A stretch of 64,000 nucleotides of DNA. It comes from Strigamia acuminata. Taxonomy: Eukaryota. Location of the stretch: the NCBI GenBank assembly GCA_949358305.1, contig OX442314.1:25234001-25298000 (forward strand), read 5' to 3'. Positions 23,939 through 37,872 of the stretch are shown in pieces (positions within the stretch are counted from its first letter, which is position 1; each line of letters starts with the position of its first letter). The notes under the pieces are model-generated. The model searched no databases. It saw only the letters and a program-made list of their open reading frames with translations, and was not told where the DNA came from. The translations under genes were made by a program, and so were the position numbers.

Positions 23939-24905
23939 GTAAATACAGCCAACTTGAGGGCGATTTTGTTTAAGATTTATTAGTTTTATAATTTGTTTAA
24001 TGTTTTATCATTGATTGGCTTCAGGTCTGGTATCAATTTGATCTATTCTTGGAGCTTTTATGACTTGGGGTAAATGAAGAGATGAACATGCGGGTTTTAG
24101 TGATTGGAAATTTATTTTTAAACATTTTTATCATTTAATATAAGTGAAATTTACAAAGAAAAAAATTTCTTTTTTTATTTTTTTATTTTTATTTTGATTA
24201 ATATTGAATTTTGTGTGATTCTGTGCACAGCTGTGGAGATTTCTACAAAGAATGTTGTATTCACAGAAATTTTTAATTGACTAAGATTCTAGCGCGATCT
24301 GACAGTGGCGGAAATTGTTAGGGAAATTGGCCATTAAGGGGTAGCTGAGCTTTTACTTGTGTTGCAAATAATTTATCCATTTTATTATCAAACGTTAAGG
24401 CCTATATCTTTTCATATTTTTCCTCAAGAGAGTTTTGGACGGACTTGAAACTTCCCCTTATAGGCCAAGAGGCATTTGAGCTAAGCACTCAGCCACTCAG
24501 GGTGTAACATGGGATAAATGTATAGAATGGCTACTTGGCCAGAATTGTGTATTGATCCATGGTTTTATTAGCTGGTTCTTTCTCAGATAGCGCAGATATC
24601 TCATACTTGTTAATTCCGTTTATTGGAGCGAAGAAGGGGCTGGTGGGGTGTTGGAAAAACACACAAAACTATGCATTACTATATAAGTAAAGTTAGTGGA
24701 CATTAATTTGTTATTGTTTTAATTTCACTAGTGGTAGAAATAACAAAATGTTGGAATATTGATCCAATTTAATATGGAAGTGTCTATTGACAAGGAAAAA
24801 TGGTTTGGTTCAAATTCCCTATTGACAGGTAAAAGTGCAGAGGGTTCATTTCCATATTTAGGATAGGTTAGGACAGGTTCTGTTAGGTTAACACAAGAAA
24901 CTTTG

Positions 24906-25138
24906 GGCTATACTCTTGTTCGACTCAAGAGTGTACCCTTCTCCCATTGGCCGAGCAGCATTACTCCTAACTCCAGTCTGTATTACCATAGAGTAAAGAA
25001 TCTATGGTATTACTACCACTAGAAGAAGTAGTTCTTATTTTTATTATTATTATTACTACATTTTTGGATCACTACACCAGTGATACGGCTTGGCCAATGG
25101 GAGAAGGGTACACTCTTGAGTCGAACAAGAGTATAGCC
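24906..25138. mobile_element. MITE with 47-bp perfect TIRs
   Basis: 24906-24952 is the reverse complement of 25092-25138. Confidence 0.85.
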
Positions 25139-26338
25139 TAACGTTTAAATCTAGTTCTGGTTCTTAGCGCGAACGCATCTAGCCCTAAATTACCTAGTTT
25201 AAAAATTTTTAAACCAGATAATTCTAATCCAGTTGTATGAACGAGATAACTGCCCAGAACACTTACCACAACGCCGTGCGCAGGATGTTCAGTTGATTGT
25301 CTATTGACTACATGTTAGCCTGGAATTCTTGGTGCGAGCGCATTAGCCTAATCAATTTGTAGGCAAAATCATCCAGAACTAGTTTCAAAATTTGTGGTGT
25401 GAATGGGGTGTAATACATCATCTCGGAATGGGTCAGCAGTCAGCACTAGGCCTAGGTAATTGGGCTCTGAAAGCTGAAGTTTAGGGTGTCTTGTTTGGGC
25501 TAATAAATTATTGATGAAAAGTTGTAGTATTATTCCATCAAGTGGAATGGTTGGACGGGAATTTGTTTACTTATTCTCAAAGTAGTAGACAAGTTCTTCC
25601 TATCTCTTAAATCAGGTTTGTCCAAACTTGAACTTGGCAGGAGCCCAACTTGGCCACCTTCCCAGTCGAGTCAAAGTACCCATCTAAGTCAGCAGGGTTT
25701 GTCCTCTCGTGGTGAAGAATGAGTAAACTCAAACTTATCTCGGTCGGATGTTATTAGAGGGCCTCTCTCTTCCGTCTCAGATTAGACTATTCCTGTCGAA
25801 AAAAGCTTGCTGTCGTTATCGTCAATATAAACTAATTTGATATACTCTGACGATTACACAAAACAATTATCGGTAATTCATCTGCACTGTTCCTTGTAAT
25901 TAGCTTTGAAACCGCCTGAGAAAATCTTTAGCCGGAGGTTTTTAGAACTGCCAGAATTGGCTAATGAGTGCATCTTACAAGGAGACCGCATGAGTGTGTA
26001 ATTCACAATTTTTTAAATTTTTTTTAAAATAAAGTATTGTTATTATCTAAACAGCCATTTTGTCAAGGATAGGATTGTCTTCAAGATGGAAATATCTTGT
26101 TGGTCATTAAGAGGTTTCGGCTTGTAACTCATAATTATAAGGAACAATTGGCAACCGCAAACTCACTATTATCTTACAGTTCCCGGGTACAGTAACTCAA
26201 TTGGTAGAGCCACGGTTTGGCAATCCAGAGACTTAATCTTAAACTAATAAAAAATTAGATAGGGGCACAGCGGCAACATAGGACTATGTGGGGAGCGGGT
26301 TGTTTGTTATGTTTTTATTGTTGATGGTCCTGTTAAGA

Positions 26339-26526
26339 CAGTCGTGGACAAAAAAACTTTCTTTCAGTTTAGCTGTTTTAAGTTTATCTACCAGGTGGCA
26401 TAAAAATTTGTTGAGATTCAATGACATCAATCTTGACCCGGTCTCCCGTTTTGCCCTAGCAACAGTATTAAAAGATAGACCTGGCAAACAGCTAAACTGA
26501 AGGGATAGTTTTTTTATCCATGGCTG
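26339..26526. mobile_element. Tc1/mariner-like MITE; second copy in opposite orientation at 49213-49415
   Basis: TIR CAGTC(G)TGGACAAAAAAACTTTC(T/C)TTCAGTTTAGCTG; shared internal sequence. Confidence 0.78.
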
Positions 26527-26589
26527 TAATTCTACATCAAAACAGTAATTAATGGAAGGACCTACACCTACAGTCTGCTCCAAGTATCT

Positions 26590-26797
26590 CACTCTAAAAA
26601 ATGTTTGGTTGGCTCAGAGACAACTAAACAGTTTAGTAGAATTAACTAACTCTTGTTGTTGATTTTACTATACTTATTTTTGCCGTTACTGAATTTAGTT
26701 CAGGCAACAAAATCCTAAAGTTGTCATTAACTAAACGTTTAAGTATCTCTCAGCCAAACAAACATTTAGTTAAAACAACTAAACCGTTTTTAGAGTG
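26590..26797. mobile_element. CAC-terminated (CMC/EnSpm-like) MITE
   Basis: CACTCTAAAAA ... TTTTTAGAGTG with 2-bp TSD CT. Confidence 0.72.
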
Positions 26798-26971
26798 CTT
26801 GATACCAAATTCAAACTGAAAAATCCTTGTCCGAGCACACAAACACGCAACAAAAACATGATTTTTAGGTACCGGTAATAGCAAAATTCATTTGTATGCT
26901 GTAAACAATTTTAGACTTTTGTGTTTTTATAAAAAAAAGTGGAATTTAGTGTTTGAATTTGGCATCAAGAT
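26798..26971. mobile_element. MITE family with TIR (AT)CTTGATGCCAAA(A/T)TCAAAC; related copies near 28007, 34207-34471, 42783-42960 and 61656-61801
   Basis: Same terminal motif and its reverse complement GTTTGAATTTGGCATCAAG recur at these sites. Confidence 0.75.
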
Positions 26972-27710
26972 GGTAGCTGCATTCAAAAATTAAAATAGCA
27001 ATTTTAGTTTAAGTGTATTTTAAGTTTTAACACGGGTTTAAACAGGAAATGATGTCATTTTTGGTTTAAAATTGAAGTAAAACACAAAATATGTTAGTTT
27101 TTGAATGCAGCTACTGAATGTCGACATAATGCTGCTTTAACAAAAATCGATAATCATTCAAATATACCGCAAATCATATTATTGACCAGGTCTGATAACT
27201 TTATCGATATTGTGCGACGAAATGAAAATTTAAATACAAAATTGGAATATACAAGGTTGGATGTACTTTACTTGCGGTTATTTCGCACTTTTTAAATCAA
27301 ATTTTGCATTATCACGAGTAAGTTTTCTTGTTTAGACGACCAGATGGATTTTATGACCAAAACAGCTGCTTGTATCCAAATATTCGTTGAATTAAGTTTA
27401 TTTAAGCAAGCAGAAACGACACGAGTTTTTGTTTTTATATTCAGCTATATAAAACTCGAGTTTTTATGTGGTTCTTCATTCATTTAATTTTTTTTTTTTT
27501 TTTTTTTACTTTTTGTAAAAAAAAGTGTTGAAAATTTAAGGACTTCTTCCACTTTTCTCTGACGAGTCTTCTTTTAAAGTGGTATTTTTAGATGTCATTT
27601 ATCACACTCCTTCATTTAGTTGTGATGCGGGGGACACAGCTGAAAGAAAAAGGAAATATTTTTCACATTTTAAGTGTCCTCTTTTTTAATGTTTTCATTT
27701 TTCTTTGCAG

Positions 27711-27828
27711 ATTTATACAGATTGGGCCAACCATTACCTAGAGAAAGCACGGTTTAAGCGGTACGTACAAGATTTGCAAGTTGATGTGTCAGATGGGATA
27801 CTACTAGCTGACGTCATTGAAGCAGTCA
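27711..27828 (+). CDS. sick: Navigator exon, CH domain start (IYTDWANHYLEKARFKRYVQDLQVDVSDGILLADVIEAV)
   Basis: Acceptor tttgcag, donor GTAAGT; phase 0 to 1; typical NAV CH N-terminus. Confidence 0.95.
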
Positions 27829-29310
27829 GTAAGTACCATCTGCTTTAATCATATCCAAATTGATGTAATCGTACCCATGTGCTGGCTTAAAGGCTATTTT
27901 TAAGTTATGAATGACAGTGGTGGAACTTTTAGGTCGACAAATAAGCATTGAGGTTTTGAGGACTAACAAGGGCTGTGTATTTTTGTCAATATCAGTCTGT
28001 GTTTGGTATTTTGATGCCAAAATCAAACTGAAAAATCTCTTGTTTGTGCAACAAATACATGATTTTTTTTTTAGAAAAAATAATGAGTAATGGCACGAGA
28101 TTCTAGTGTTTAAAAATTAGTTTACCTACGTACTAACACAATGGAACTTGTGCCATTTTAATTGTGCAACAAGGATCTTTAAAGGGATTTTTCACAAGAT
28201 TTTCGTGTTAAATCTCTTAACCCATCTGAACTTGGCCATGTTGCACTAACACTTTATGGTAGTCTTAACTCAATGTGTCTACTGGAATTTTTGAATGCAG
28301 CTACTGGAAATTCGACCAGACGTTCATGCTAGCAAATGCCAATCATGTGACATTCCAGTTGCCAACTGCCAATTAAATATAAATAGTGAATCACCAGTAG
28401 TCATAATACTGGGTGGCCTAAGTAAAACCGGCTCGACAATACAAGAGGTTTACTACGGGTGTCTAAAAAAAAGTACTGTGTATATTGTTCAATTAAATAT
28501 ATATTAATCATTAGTTGTGGGCAGTGTGGTTTAATTAATGCTTCTGGTGCGGCTTTTTCTGCTCTTTCGTTTGGTGTTTAGTTTTTGACGATCCGAGCTT
28601 TCGTTTTCGAGGTATTTGCAATTTTAGTCAATTTTCGTCTCGATTTGCCAAGTTTGATTGCACTGTCATTCCTGAATTTCAGATTTTGTGGTACTTTTTG
28701 AATTTATTCAGCATTTTTTTTGTAGATTTATTCAGATGTACCAGTACGAGATCGTGCGAGATTTTGCTAGATTTTATGAGATTTTACCTAAAGTAAAATG
28801 GTATGGTACTAAAAGAAGTGGTACAGGTGCAGTACCACTTCCACATAATGCAGTACTTTTTAAAAACTAGTGTTTTCCATCAATATCAAAGTTAAAGAAA
28901 GTGACAAACAGTTTTTTTAGAAGATGAATTCGGAATTTTTAGTCAAGTTGGCGGAGGCCCAAACAACTATTGTTTGAAATGACTTAATTATTTCGGCTTC
29001 ACTTTGTTTAGGAAGTCCGGGAATGTGCGAGTTAATTAAACGAGTAAATTGTACTGATTGGCGAACCAGTGAAAGCAGTTGTTTGTTTATGTCACTTTTC
29101 AAGATGAACAGACTGCGGTATTGTGTGAACTATTGTGATTCATTAATAATCCGGCGCTCCTTCACATGTTGCCTCAGTTGGAACCACTTTTCAGCCACTT
29201 AAGAGTGAACTATGAGGTTATGTGGGCATGCGTCATCTTCATTGTGATATGTTTATTAAACAATTAACATTTGTTCTTTTTTTAATGAGATTTTCATCTT
29301 TGTTTTACAG

Positions 29311-29363
29311 CGAATGAAAAAGTACGAAGCATAAATCGCCGGCCAAAAAACACATCACAAATG
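29311..29363 (+). CDS. sick: Navigator exon, CH domain (TNEKVRSINRRPKNTSQM)
   Basis: ttttacag acceptor, GTAAGT donor; phase 1 to 0. Confidence 0.92.
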
Positions 29364-31253
29364 GTAAGTTAGGTGTTTATGTAAAAAAATTCAGTTTGGT
29401 GTCAATTTCTGGATTGTGACATACAGCGCTCGTGTTAAAGGGTTTATGGTTATGGTTTATAACACGTAATAAATAAGCTTTGCGCGCATATGTGAGCTCA
29501 GTTTGAGCTTAGTGCCAGTGTAAATTGTAAACCTGTTTTTGACAGGCTCACATATTTACTAGTTTAAAGACAAAGGTGATAGGAAGGTTTTTTTTGTTTT
29601 TTGTTTTGTTCTTTCTCAGAACGCAGTGTTTGGGGTTTAATTTCCGGAATAGAAAAAGTAGGCTTCACTGTGGTGCTTTTGATACAGGTGCCAAATGGTG
29701 TGTGCTGCGCAGGGAAGTTTGACGTTCAAGGTTACGATCTTATCACCTTTAAAATGGGTTTGTGGAAGAGAGAAACACGGGGATGTTTTGATTGAAATTT
29801 GCAACAGTTGGGATTCGAATGTTGAAAGGCCAGCGTGATAATATATTTTGATTGACGGTAAGTACAGACAGCAAAAAACCAGTGGATAATTTAAAAATGC
29901 ACCTGACTATTATAAGAGTATTTGTACATTAAATGCATTCAGTTATAAGTCACACGCCAAATTTGACTTACGATAATTTGACTTATGATAATTTGACTTA
30001 CGACAAAAAAAATTGTGAATGCGCCAAAAAAATTCCATAATCCAAACCCCATAAGCCATTTTTAATGAATGAAATGCATGTACTGTAAGCTGATTTTCAA
30101 TTTGGCGAAAACATCTAAACTTCCTTTATTTTAGTTGAATAGCAGATGCTTATTGTTGTGATGTCTAAAGCAGCACAGACAAATAAATCAATTGTTTCTG
30201 CCAGCACAAAAATTTGAATAATAAGCACGTGCACTAAAACATAAAATAAAAAACAATTTTTTCTGAGTACAATAAAGTCATTTTAATGACATTAATGGCT
30301 CTCTAAAATACAATCAATCAAACCACAGGCCTTACGATCTATTGATTATCTTCAGTGGTCAAGATGCTCTTTAGATCGAAAGGCCTGTGGTCTTGATTAA
30401 TTGTTTGTATTTTAGAACATCATTAATGTCATTAAAATCGCTTTATTATTATTATCAAATTATCAAATAGAAAGTGTGCCAATATGAGATAAATGTTTAT
30501 GTTTTCTTAATATTTTTTTCATCCAAATAATGGGCAATTGTTACTTATTCTTACAACTATTTTCAGTTGTTTTCTTTTACAGTACTTCCAATTGCAATGT
30601 GTATTCATTTTGAATGGATGATAGAAGTCAAATGATAAGCCAAGTCACAGGTGTGGCGACTCATCATAATCTGACTTATATAGATTTGTGGTGTCTATGA
30701 TGAAAATGACGTCACTTCCATTCACTCATAAAGTCATTTCAGCCAGTTCAGTCAATTCATTGAGACTTTGAACGCTCCTATTGTAAACTTGAATATCAGT
30801 CAGGACTATAACGACAGAAACCATAAATTATAATAAGCGCGTTCAAAGTTTTGGTTTTTACAGTTCCTATAAACGGAATGGACATAAAAACAGCCTGAAC
30901 CATCACGAAAACCCACAAAAACCCAAACCACGACTGGAGTGGTTTATGAATTGCTTTATGCTGCGATTTGGTTTTTACAATCAAATTCAAAATGGCCGCC
31001 TCGAAAGTTAGATCGAATGGTCAGACTTTCAAATGTCATAAACACTTTCAGGCGAATTATCCACCTCTCAAAATGTGAGTAAATGTTAAATTACGTTTAA
31101 ATGAGGAGGCCGCAATCACAATTCGTTGGTTAAATGAAAGAAAATGAATTTTTATGCACCATGTACCGGTACTTGCGTGATCGCAACGCAGAACGATACA
31201 ACAAACAGGCCTTAAATCAAACACATTCACTGTTAAGGTGGAAACAAAAAAGT

Positions 31254-31605
31254 GGGTAAAATTCCAAAGCTTTCTAGTACAAGTTTAAAGAGGGAGTCAT
31301 TTACAAGCTTACTTGACCCGCTTTTGGCTTACCAGCTTAACTGGCAAACTCAAGCTAGCTAGGTAGCTAGCCAGAAATTTCCACCAAAATTTCCTCCAAG
31401 AATTTCCTCACGATTCTGATTGGCTGTCAAAGTCACATGACCAAAACACCAGCAAGCTGGTAAATCAAACTCAGTTTGATCTGAGCGGGTGAGTACAAGC
31501 TTGCTTCAAAGCAAAGCTTTGAATAAAAACGCAAGCTTGTGTTTGCTTAAGCGAGCGAGTTTTTAGCCGCTTTTTCAAGTAAAAGCAAGCTTTGGAATTT
31601 TACCC
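31254..31605. mobile_element. MITE with 19-bp TIRs GGGTAAAATTCCAAAGCTT
   Basis: Perfect inverted termini. Confidence 0.72.
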
Positions 31606-33779
31606 GCTACCTCGTGTTTTTACCTTTAGGCACGTTTTTGCGAAACTTTGAACGCACTTATTGTTTTCTTCTTAAAATCAAAACAACAGTAGCGTGAATT
31701 TCTTTATGCAACTAAAAATTGGATGTTGCAAACATGAACATGTGCAGCTCAGCTGTGTTATTTAGTTAGCCACTAGTTAGCAGCAGTGCAACAATCTGTG
31801 CACGCTTTTGCCTCGGAGTGTGTTGCTTCAGTGTAAAAGGATTTATTTACTTGTGGTATAATGATGGCAATGGCACAAGATTTGACTCGGGGGAATAAAG
31901 AAAGTAGAATTCTCGTCTGAATGTAAAAATACTTTCAATGCCGACTGGAATTTAATTTTCGTTTCTTGATAGTCAACTTGTACCAATAATCCCTTGGAAT
32001 GAACTCATGCTTTAAAACCATTAGTTTGGCAGTTGACCAAATGGTAGCAGTTTACTGTGGAGGGACATTAGTCAAACGTCACATGACCATTGCTTAGACT
32101 GCAAAAAAAAATGCTGAATGGAAACTTTTCAGTTTGAAGTTTTGAATGGTCCAATTTAAATTTTTTATGTAAATTAATTGGGGGAGAAAAAAAAGGCGAT
32201 TATTAAGTTCATCTTTTTTGAAAAAGAAATGGGAAATTTGACTAATGAATAGGTGATGATTTACTCAACAGTGGTGCCATCTATCGTGTGTGTAAAATTG
32301 ATATTTGAACTCCAGCTGTTTCACAGCACATGTGATTTAAGTCAAGGGAAGTTGGTCGCGAGCGAACTTATAGGTCTCAGTGATTCAGTGCCTTTGCATG
32401 TAGCAGTGTTTGCAAAAGACTCGTTTTGGAAATTGGGAATTTCAAAACCGACACACGCATTGAACCAAAATGGAATTTTAGGGTGAGTAAAGAAAGTGCA
32501 TGCAAATCGCTTTTAAGAAATTTTAAATTTTAAAAAAAAAAATAATAATTTGATTTTACACATTTATTATTTATTTAATTTTTATTTTTTTTATTTGAGA
32601 CTAAAAATTCTTAAATATTTATGGGTATTTTTTTATATGTATAAAATTAATATTGTATTTTTGGTTTTTTTTTTTAATTCAAGTTTTGGGTTCAAGTTAG
32701 TCACAGAGATGATTTCAGATTCAAAGTAACAGTTACTCATGCTTCCTCTAAAACAACTCCCTATTGAAGACTTTGAGTAAAAGTCAAGGCTAACACCACA
32801 TCACAGTGTATCATTAATATTCACTAGAGAAAAAAATAACGTGGTAACGCATTCGTTGCATTTCCTGTGGCCTTACTGTTGAGGAAACTGATGATAGGTG
32901 TATAAAGTAGCTGAATTTTTTATTTATCTATTTTTTTTTACTCGCGTTTTAGCTCGTACAAAGAATGAAACAACAAAAAAAACAGAAAATTAAAAAGAGT
33001 GCTTGCAGGGAAGCTCACTAAAAAAATGGCTGCCTCTAAAGTGTTTTAGTGGACACGAAATATGATATTTTAAAATAGTTTTCGATTTTTTTTTGTTATA
33101 AATTGATTTGATTAAATTTTCTGGTCACATCTTTATTATTTTTTTTTAGTAAATAAAAAAAGATTTAAATAAATAATTAGATTGGGCAAGGCTATTTAAA
33201 ATTACAAGGAATTGGTCTAGTTAAGGTCAGTTGGGTTCAATGAGAACATGTTGATATGTATTAGCCATTAAATTGCAAATAGCTTGTTTGTATTATTGTT
33301 GATTGGTCTAGACAGGAAATGTGCAAAGAATTCAAATGAAAGTCAACTTTATAAAACCATGGGATTAATTTACAAGCTCTATTTCATTGTTAATTAATGG
33401 CCTAATTTTTTTTATTTTGATAAGTGTATTTTTAAATTCTACAAACAAAAGTAAAATTGCAATGCTGAAAGACTTAAACAAAGAGTGGAAACTTGTTTTC
33501 ATCTATTTTTAGTTGATGGTTTTGCCGTTAGAAGACAAGCAAAGCAAAACAAAAAAGTGTAATGTGTATTTGCTTGGTTAGTTCATAGATCTGTGTGTAT
33601 ATACCTAAATATTTGCTTCACTTGTGTAAACTGGGGGAGAATGGTTTGGTGTATTTTGGTTGTGGTTTATGATTTGTGTATGTGAATTCCATTGTAAATA
33701 AATAATAAATAAATAGGAAGAAAAAAGGAAGAAAAAAAGTATTAATTTATGACCCCTTTTTTCTTGTTTCCGTTTGCAG

Positions 33780-33852
33780 ATTGAAAACATCAATTCGTGT
33801 TTGTCGTTTTTGTCTAATTTGGGCGTCAATGTGGAAGGAGTTACAGCCAAAG
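33780..33852 (+). CDS. sick: Navigator exon, CH domain (IENINSCLSFLSNLGVNVEGVTAK)
   Basis: tttgcag acceptor, G|GTGATT donor; phase 0 to 1. Confidence 0.93.
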
Positions 33853-33892
<40 letters not shown>

Positions 33893-34900
33893 TTTTTCTT
33901 ATTTATGTGTTTGGTAAAACAATTTTTTTTTGGGAGTGATATGATATTTTGTCAGATTGGTTATTATATTACATACAAGCCTAACTGTAATGGTAACTCG
34001 TTACTTAATTCGGCCAGTGTAACGGTAATTCGTTACTTTTTTTGTAGTAACGACTGTTTATTAAACGTTACGTCACCGTTAATTTTTTTTTAGATCTGTC
34101 TGCAATGTAAATAATAAATGGTAAAAAAATCTATGCATTACTGGATTTTATTCATACAGAACTCACATTTGTGACTGGTTTGGGTCCTATCTGCAATTTT
34201 CCACCTGTATCTTGATGCCAGATCCCAACTGCGCATCACATTTGCGCATGCATTTAACATGGCGATTGTCAAGCTTGCTGTGCACAAAGGAAATAAAGCA
34301 ACAACAATATTTCGGTTCCATGCTGTAAATTAGTTTTGTTAATGAGTTTATTGTTGTTTATTTTAGCATTGTTAGGCTTAATTTTAGGCTTAGGACTGCT
34401 GAATAACGGGTATTAGGAAATCATATGCGTAGTATGGGATGTTTGCAGAATAAATTTGGCATCAAGATACAGTGCACGAACTGTTTATATTTATAATTCT
34501 ATAATGGAGTATCGTAAAGCAATTTTTTGTTGCTACTTAGTCGTTTACGACCCCAAGTAGTTAGGTTTTCCGAATTAATTCTTATTTATTCGCGCTTGAC
34601 CTCGTACTACTGTCATATTTGCAATTTAAAAATGGTGGTCAGCTTAAACAAGCAAAAAAACAAATTAAATATTGAAATTATTTTATCTTAGCAGCTAAAC
34701 TAAGCTTTGATTTACAAGGAAGGATTAGCATTTGTAGTTTTTATTTTTACTTTTATTATTCATTAGATATTTTTTCCAAGTTTGAAAAAAACATTTTCAG
34801 TCTAATTTTACGAGAAATATTATAATTTGGGTGGAGATAACTTAGCCAGCAATGAGTCATTTATTCATGTTACGAAATATTGTTTTTCTTTGTCTTTCAG

Positions 34901-35042
34901 ATATTCGTGATGGAAATCTCAAAGCAATATTAGGCCTATTTTTCAGCCTGTCGCGTTTCAAGCAACAGCAGAAACAACAAAATTCGATGAAGACTCAACA
35001 GGCGTCTTCCTTAACCACAGGCAGTGCTGACATGTTATCACG
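34901..35042 (+). CDS. sick: Navigator exon, CH domain end (DIRDGNLKAILGLFFSLSRFKQQQ...MLSR)
   Basis: ctttcag acceptor, GTAAGT donor; phase 1 to 2. Confidence 0.95.
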
Positions 35043-35297
35043 GTAAGTTTATGTACTAACCTGCTTGGTTGTGACGATGGTATGTGGGCTTGTGGTTTAT
35101 AGAAGCTGAGTAAAGGTATGTGGAAGCAATAATAAACCGCTTTCAGACCACAATGCGAATTTTAGGACAATTATGGTAACTCAGTGGAATGCAGTCAACT
35201 TTATTTATTTCATCATTTATATCACATTTTTTTGCCATTTGTATAAATTTGATGTACGGTAATGCGGTTTTAATGGTGTTAAAGTTAGGTTTACACT

Positions 35298-36228
35298 CAG
35301 GTGCGGTTTAAGGAGGTAGCTAAGGAGGCAATTTTACTAGGTCTCCCCTCCCCCCATTCTAAAAGGCCACCTGGTTCATGTAAAAATGAATATTTTTTAC
35401 ATGAAAATGCATTTTTTTCACATAAAAATGCAATTTTTTCATATGAAAATGCATTTTTTTCATATGAAAATGCATTTTTTTTTACCTGAAAATGCATTTT
35501 TTTTACCTGAAAATGCATTTTTTTTACCTGAAAATGCATGTTTTTCACGTAAAAAATGCAGTTTTTTATCTAAAAATGCAGTTTTTTTTATCTAAAAATG
35601 CAGTTTTTCATCTAAAAATAAACTCCTTTTTGCACATAATATTGCGTGTTATTAATCTGAAAATGTATTTACCGTATGTCAATTGGTTTAACTGAGGAAA
35701 TCAGTTATAGAAATCAGTTATGGAATTATGGCAGCTTTTTGTTGATTTTCGCCAATCCAAAAGCATTTTTGAATCGCCGTAACAAACTACCGGTAGGTCG
35801 CGATATCTTGAATTGAAAATACAACAAAAAAGATGAAAATCAGCAATAAGAAAAAGAGAATAATCGACAAAAATGATGATGAATCACAAAGAACTGATGA
35901 AAATTCGATAAAAACGAAAAAAACAACAAAATTCATGAAAAATGTAATATAATCCTCTTAGTGCTGAAAGGTTTTTAAAAATATAAAATGAGCCTCTTGA
36001 GTACTAAAATTTGCAATTGTATAGTAATTTTTAAAAATGAATTCGCATCGGATGAAAATGAATTTATTTCTCATTAAAAATGCATTTTTCCACCTGCGAA
36101 TTCATTTTCTTTGCTTAAAACTCTATTTTTTGGCAAAAAATTCTATTTTTTGGCTAAAAACTCTATTTTTTTGGCTAAAAATGGCATTTCAGCAATTAAA
36201 TGTTGTCATTTCTTAATCCCCGCCCCTG
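35298..36228. mobile_element. hAT-like non-autonomous element carrying a ~20-bp AAAATGCATTTTT minisatellite (35385-35620)
   Basis: CAGGTGCGG...CCGCCCCTG ends; degenerate 8-bp TSD TTTACACT/TTCACACA. Confidence 0.6.
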
Positions 36229-37723
36229 TTCACACACTTCTAGTGAAACAATTGTTGTTTCTAATTTCCACCCTCTTATTAGACACCAGGCGGAAATTAT
36301 AAACAGTTAAGTGACCATTAAGTTAGCGTGTTTAATGAAAATGAAAAACTTTGTGGAACAAATTAATTTCTCAGCCTTTAATGTTTTCTTACAACAAATT
36401 TTTAATTTTCCTTTTTATTTAATGTCGGTAATAATTGCTGCCTAATGAAAAGCAAATGTTTGCCGGTACAATTTTGCCCGGATTCTAATTGTCTAGTCAT
36501 TTTTAGGTGTGCGTGAAGCTGCCAGCTGTTGGTACAATATTACGCTTAAAGTCAACACCAGGCGGTGCAATTAACTGCAATATTAGTGTTATCACTAACC
36601 AAATTTTGGCGACTTTAAAAGCCCATCATCATCAGATCCATTGATTAAAAAAAATCTATTAGAAAACACTCCTAATGGCGATTGCAAAGCTAAAAATAAA
36701 AAGCCATTCTCTTTCCCCTATGTGCAAATATTTTAACTGTTTTAAAACATCTGGTTGTCGCCTTTCTTGTTTCATTCAAGCATTTGTCTCGTGGAAGTTT
36801 ATTTTAAAAAGAATCCTTATTGCGCGAAAGATATATTAGGAGGAAGTGTGTAGAAGTTGCTCAGTAATTTGATGCAAATTTAATTAGTGGGTCCGTGAGT
36901 ATGAGTGGAGTAATGCATGTGCATCATCAAGCAAAGAATGATAACAAATTCACCATTTTCAATGGAGTTTCAAAGTAATGAGCTGCGGCTGTTTGAAGTG
37001 TTAATGAAAGGAATTCATTAAATTTGGACAATAGGGACGAAGTGGACAAAATTTGTCCCAAAACTTTGCTTAATAAAAACGAAAAAAATGTTGATAAACG
37101 GTTTTAATAAATGTTTGTGATAAAGAAATCTTTTTTCTTTTTTAAACATCGCGAAAACGGTACAAAATCACGTGGCCGATGTGGTTTTCAATTGCAAATG
37201 GCGCACGGGTTGTTGATTTCTTTTGTCGCTAGATGGCGCCACTCTTCAAGAGCAATTTTGCCTTGGAAATCGTACAATGACTCCCCTGGCCTCCCCTCGA
37301 GTCTCAATAACTGAGAGCACATTCAAATTCGACATGCTCTCCATAAAAAGCGCAATGGGGTCGAATAAATCAGTTTAACACACCCGCCCGATATGAGAGG
37401 TTTAAACCGTAATGCACATTTGATGAAAAAATTAAATAAAAATGATTTTAAAAAGGAAATGTGTACAAAATTCAATAAGACGCTTGAAAATTGACAACAA
37501 ATGCGTCGAACGAGTCAAATATCCAATTTTTTTGTCAAATGCCAACGAGCAGATGCGATGCGCCATTTTTTGTTTTGTTTTGTATAATTGCGAGCATTTT
37601 TTCTTCCTTTCCTAGCAACTTCCCTTCCATTTTTATTCACGCAACAAAAAGATTAAACGATAAGCCTGTTTTATGTTGTTTTTTTTGTTTTAAAATATTT
37701 TTATTTATTTATTTAATCCAAAG

Positions 37724-37872
37724 TCTTCCTTCACCACAACGTCCTGGTGCACCTCGTTACGCCACTGCAAACTACAAAGAAAACGTTAGTGCAATTCCAA
37801 CTCCTTCATCAACTGTGAGTCGAAAACAAGTGCAGGAAAAAAATAGGATTTCACATCCATCATCCTTATCCG
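37724..37872 (+). CDS. sick: Navigator exon (LPSPQRPGAPRY...SAIPTPSS...)
   Basis: AAG acceptor after T-rich tract, GTAAGC donor; phase 2 to 1, completes the SRLP motif. Confidence 0.82.

Noticed and set aside
26183..26235. tRNA-like AGTAACTCAATTGGTAGAGC
   Set aside because: Only a D-arm/A-box-like fragment with no T-arm or acceptor stem; at most a SINE remnant.
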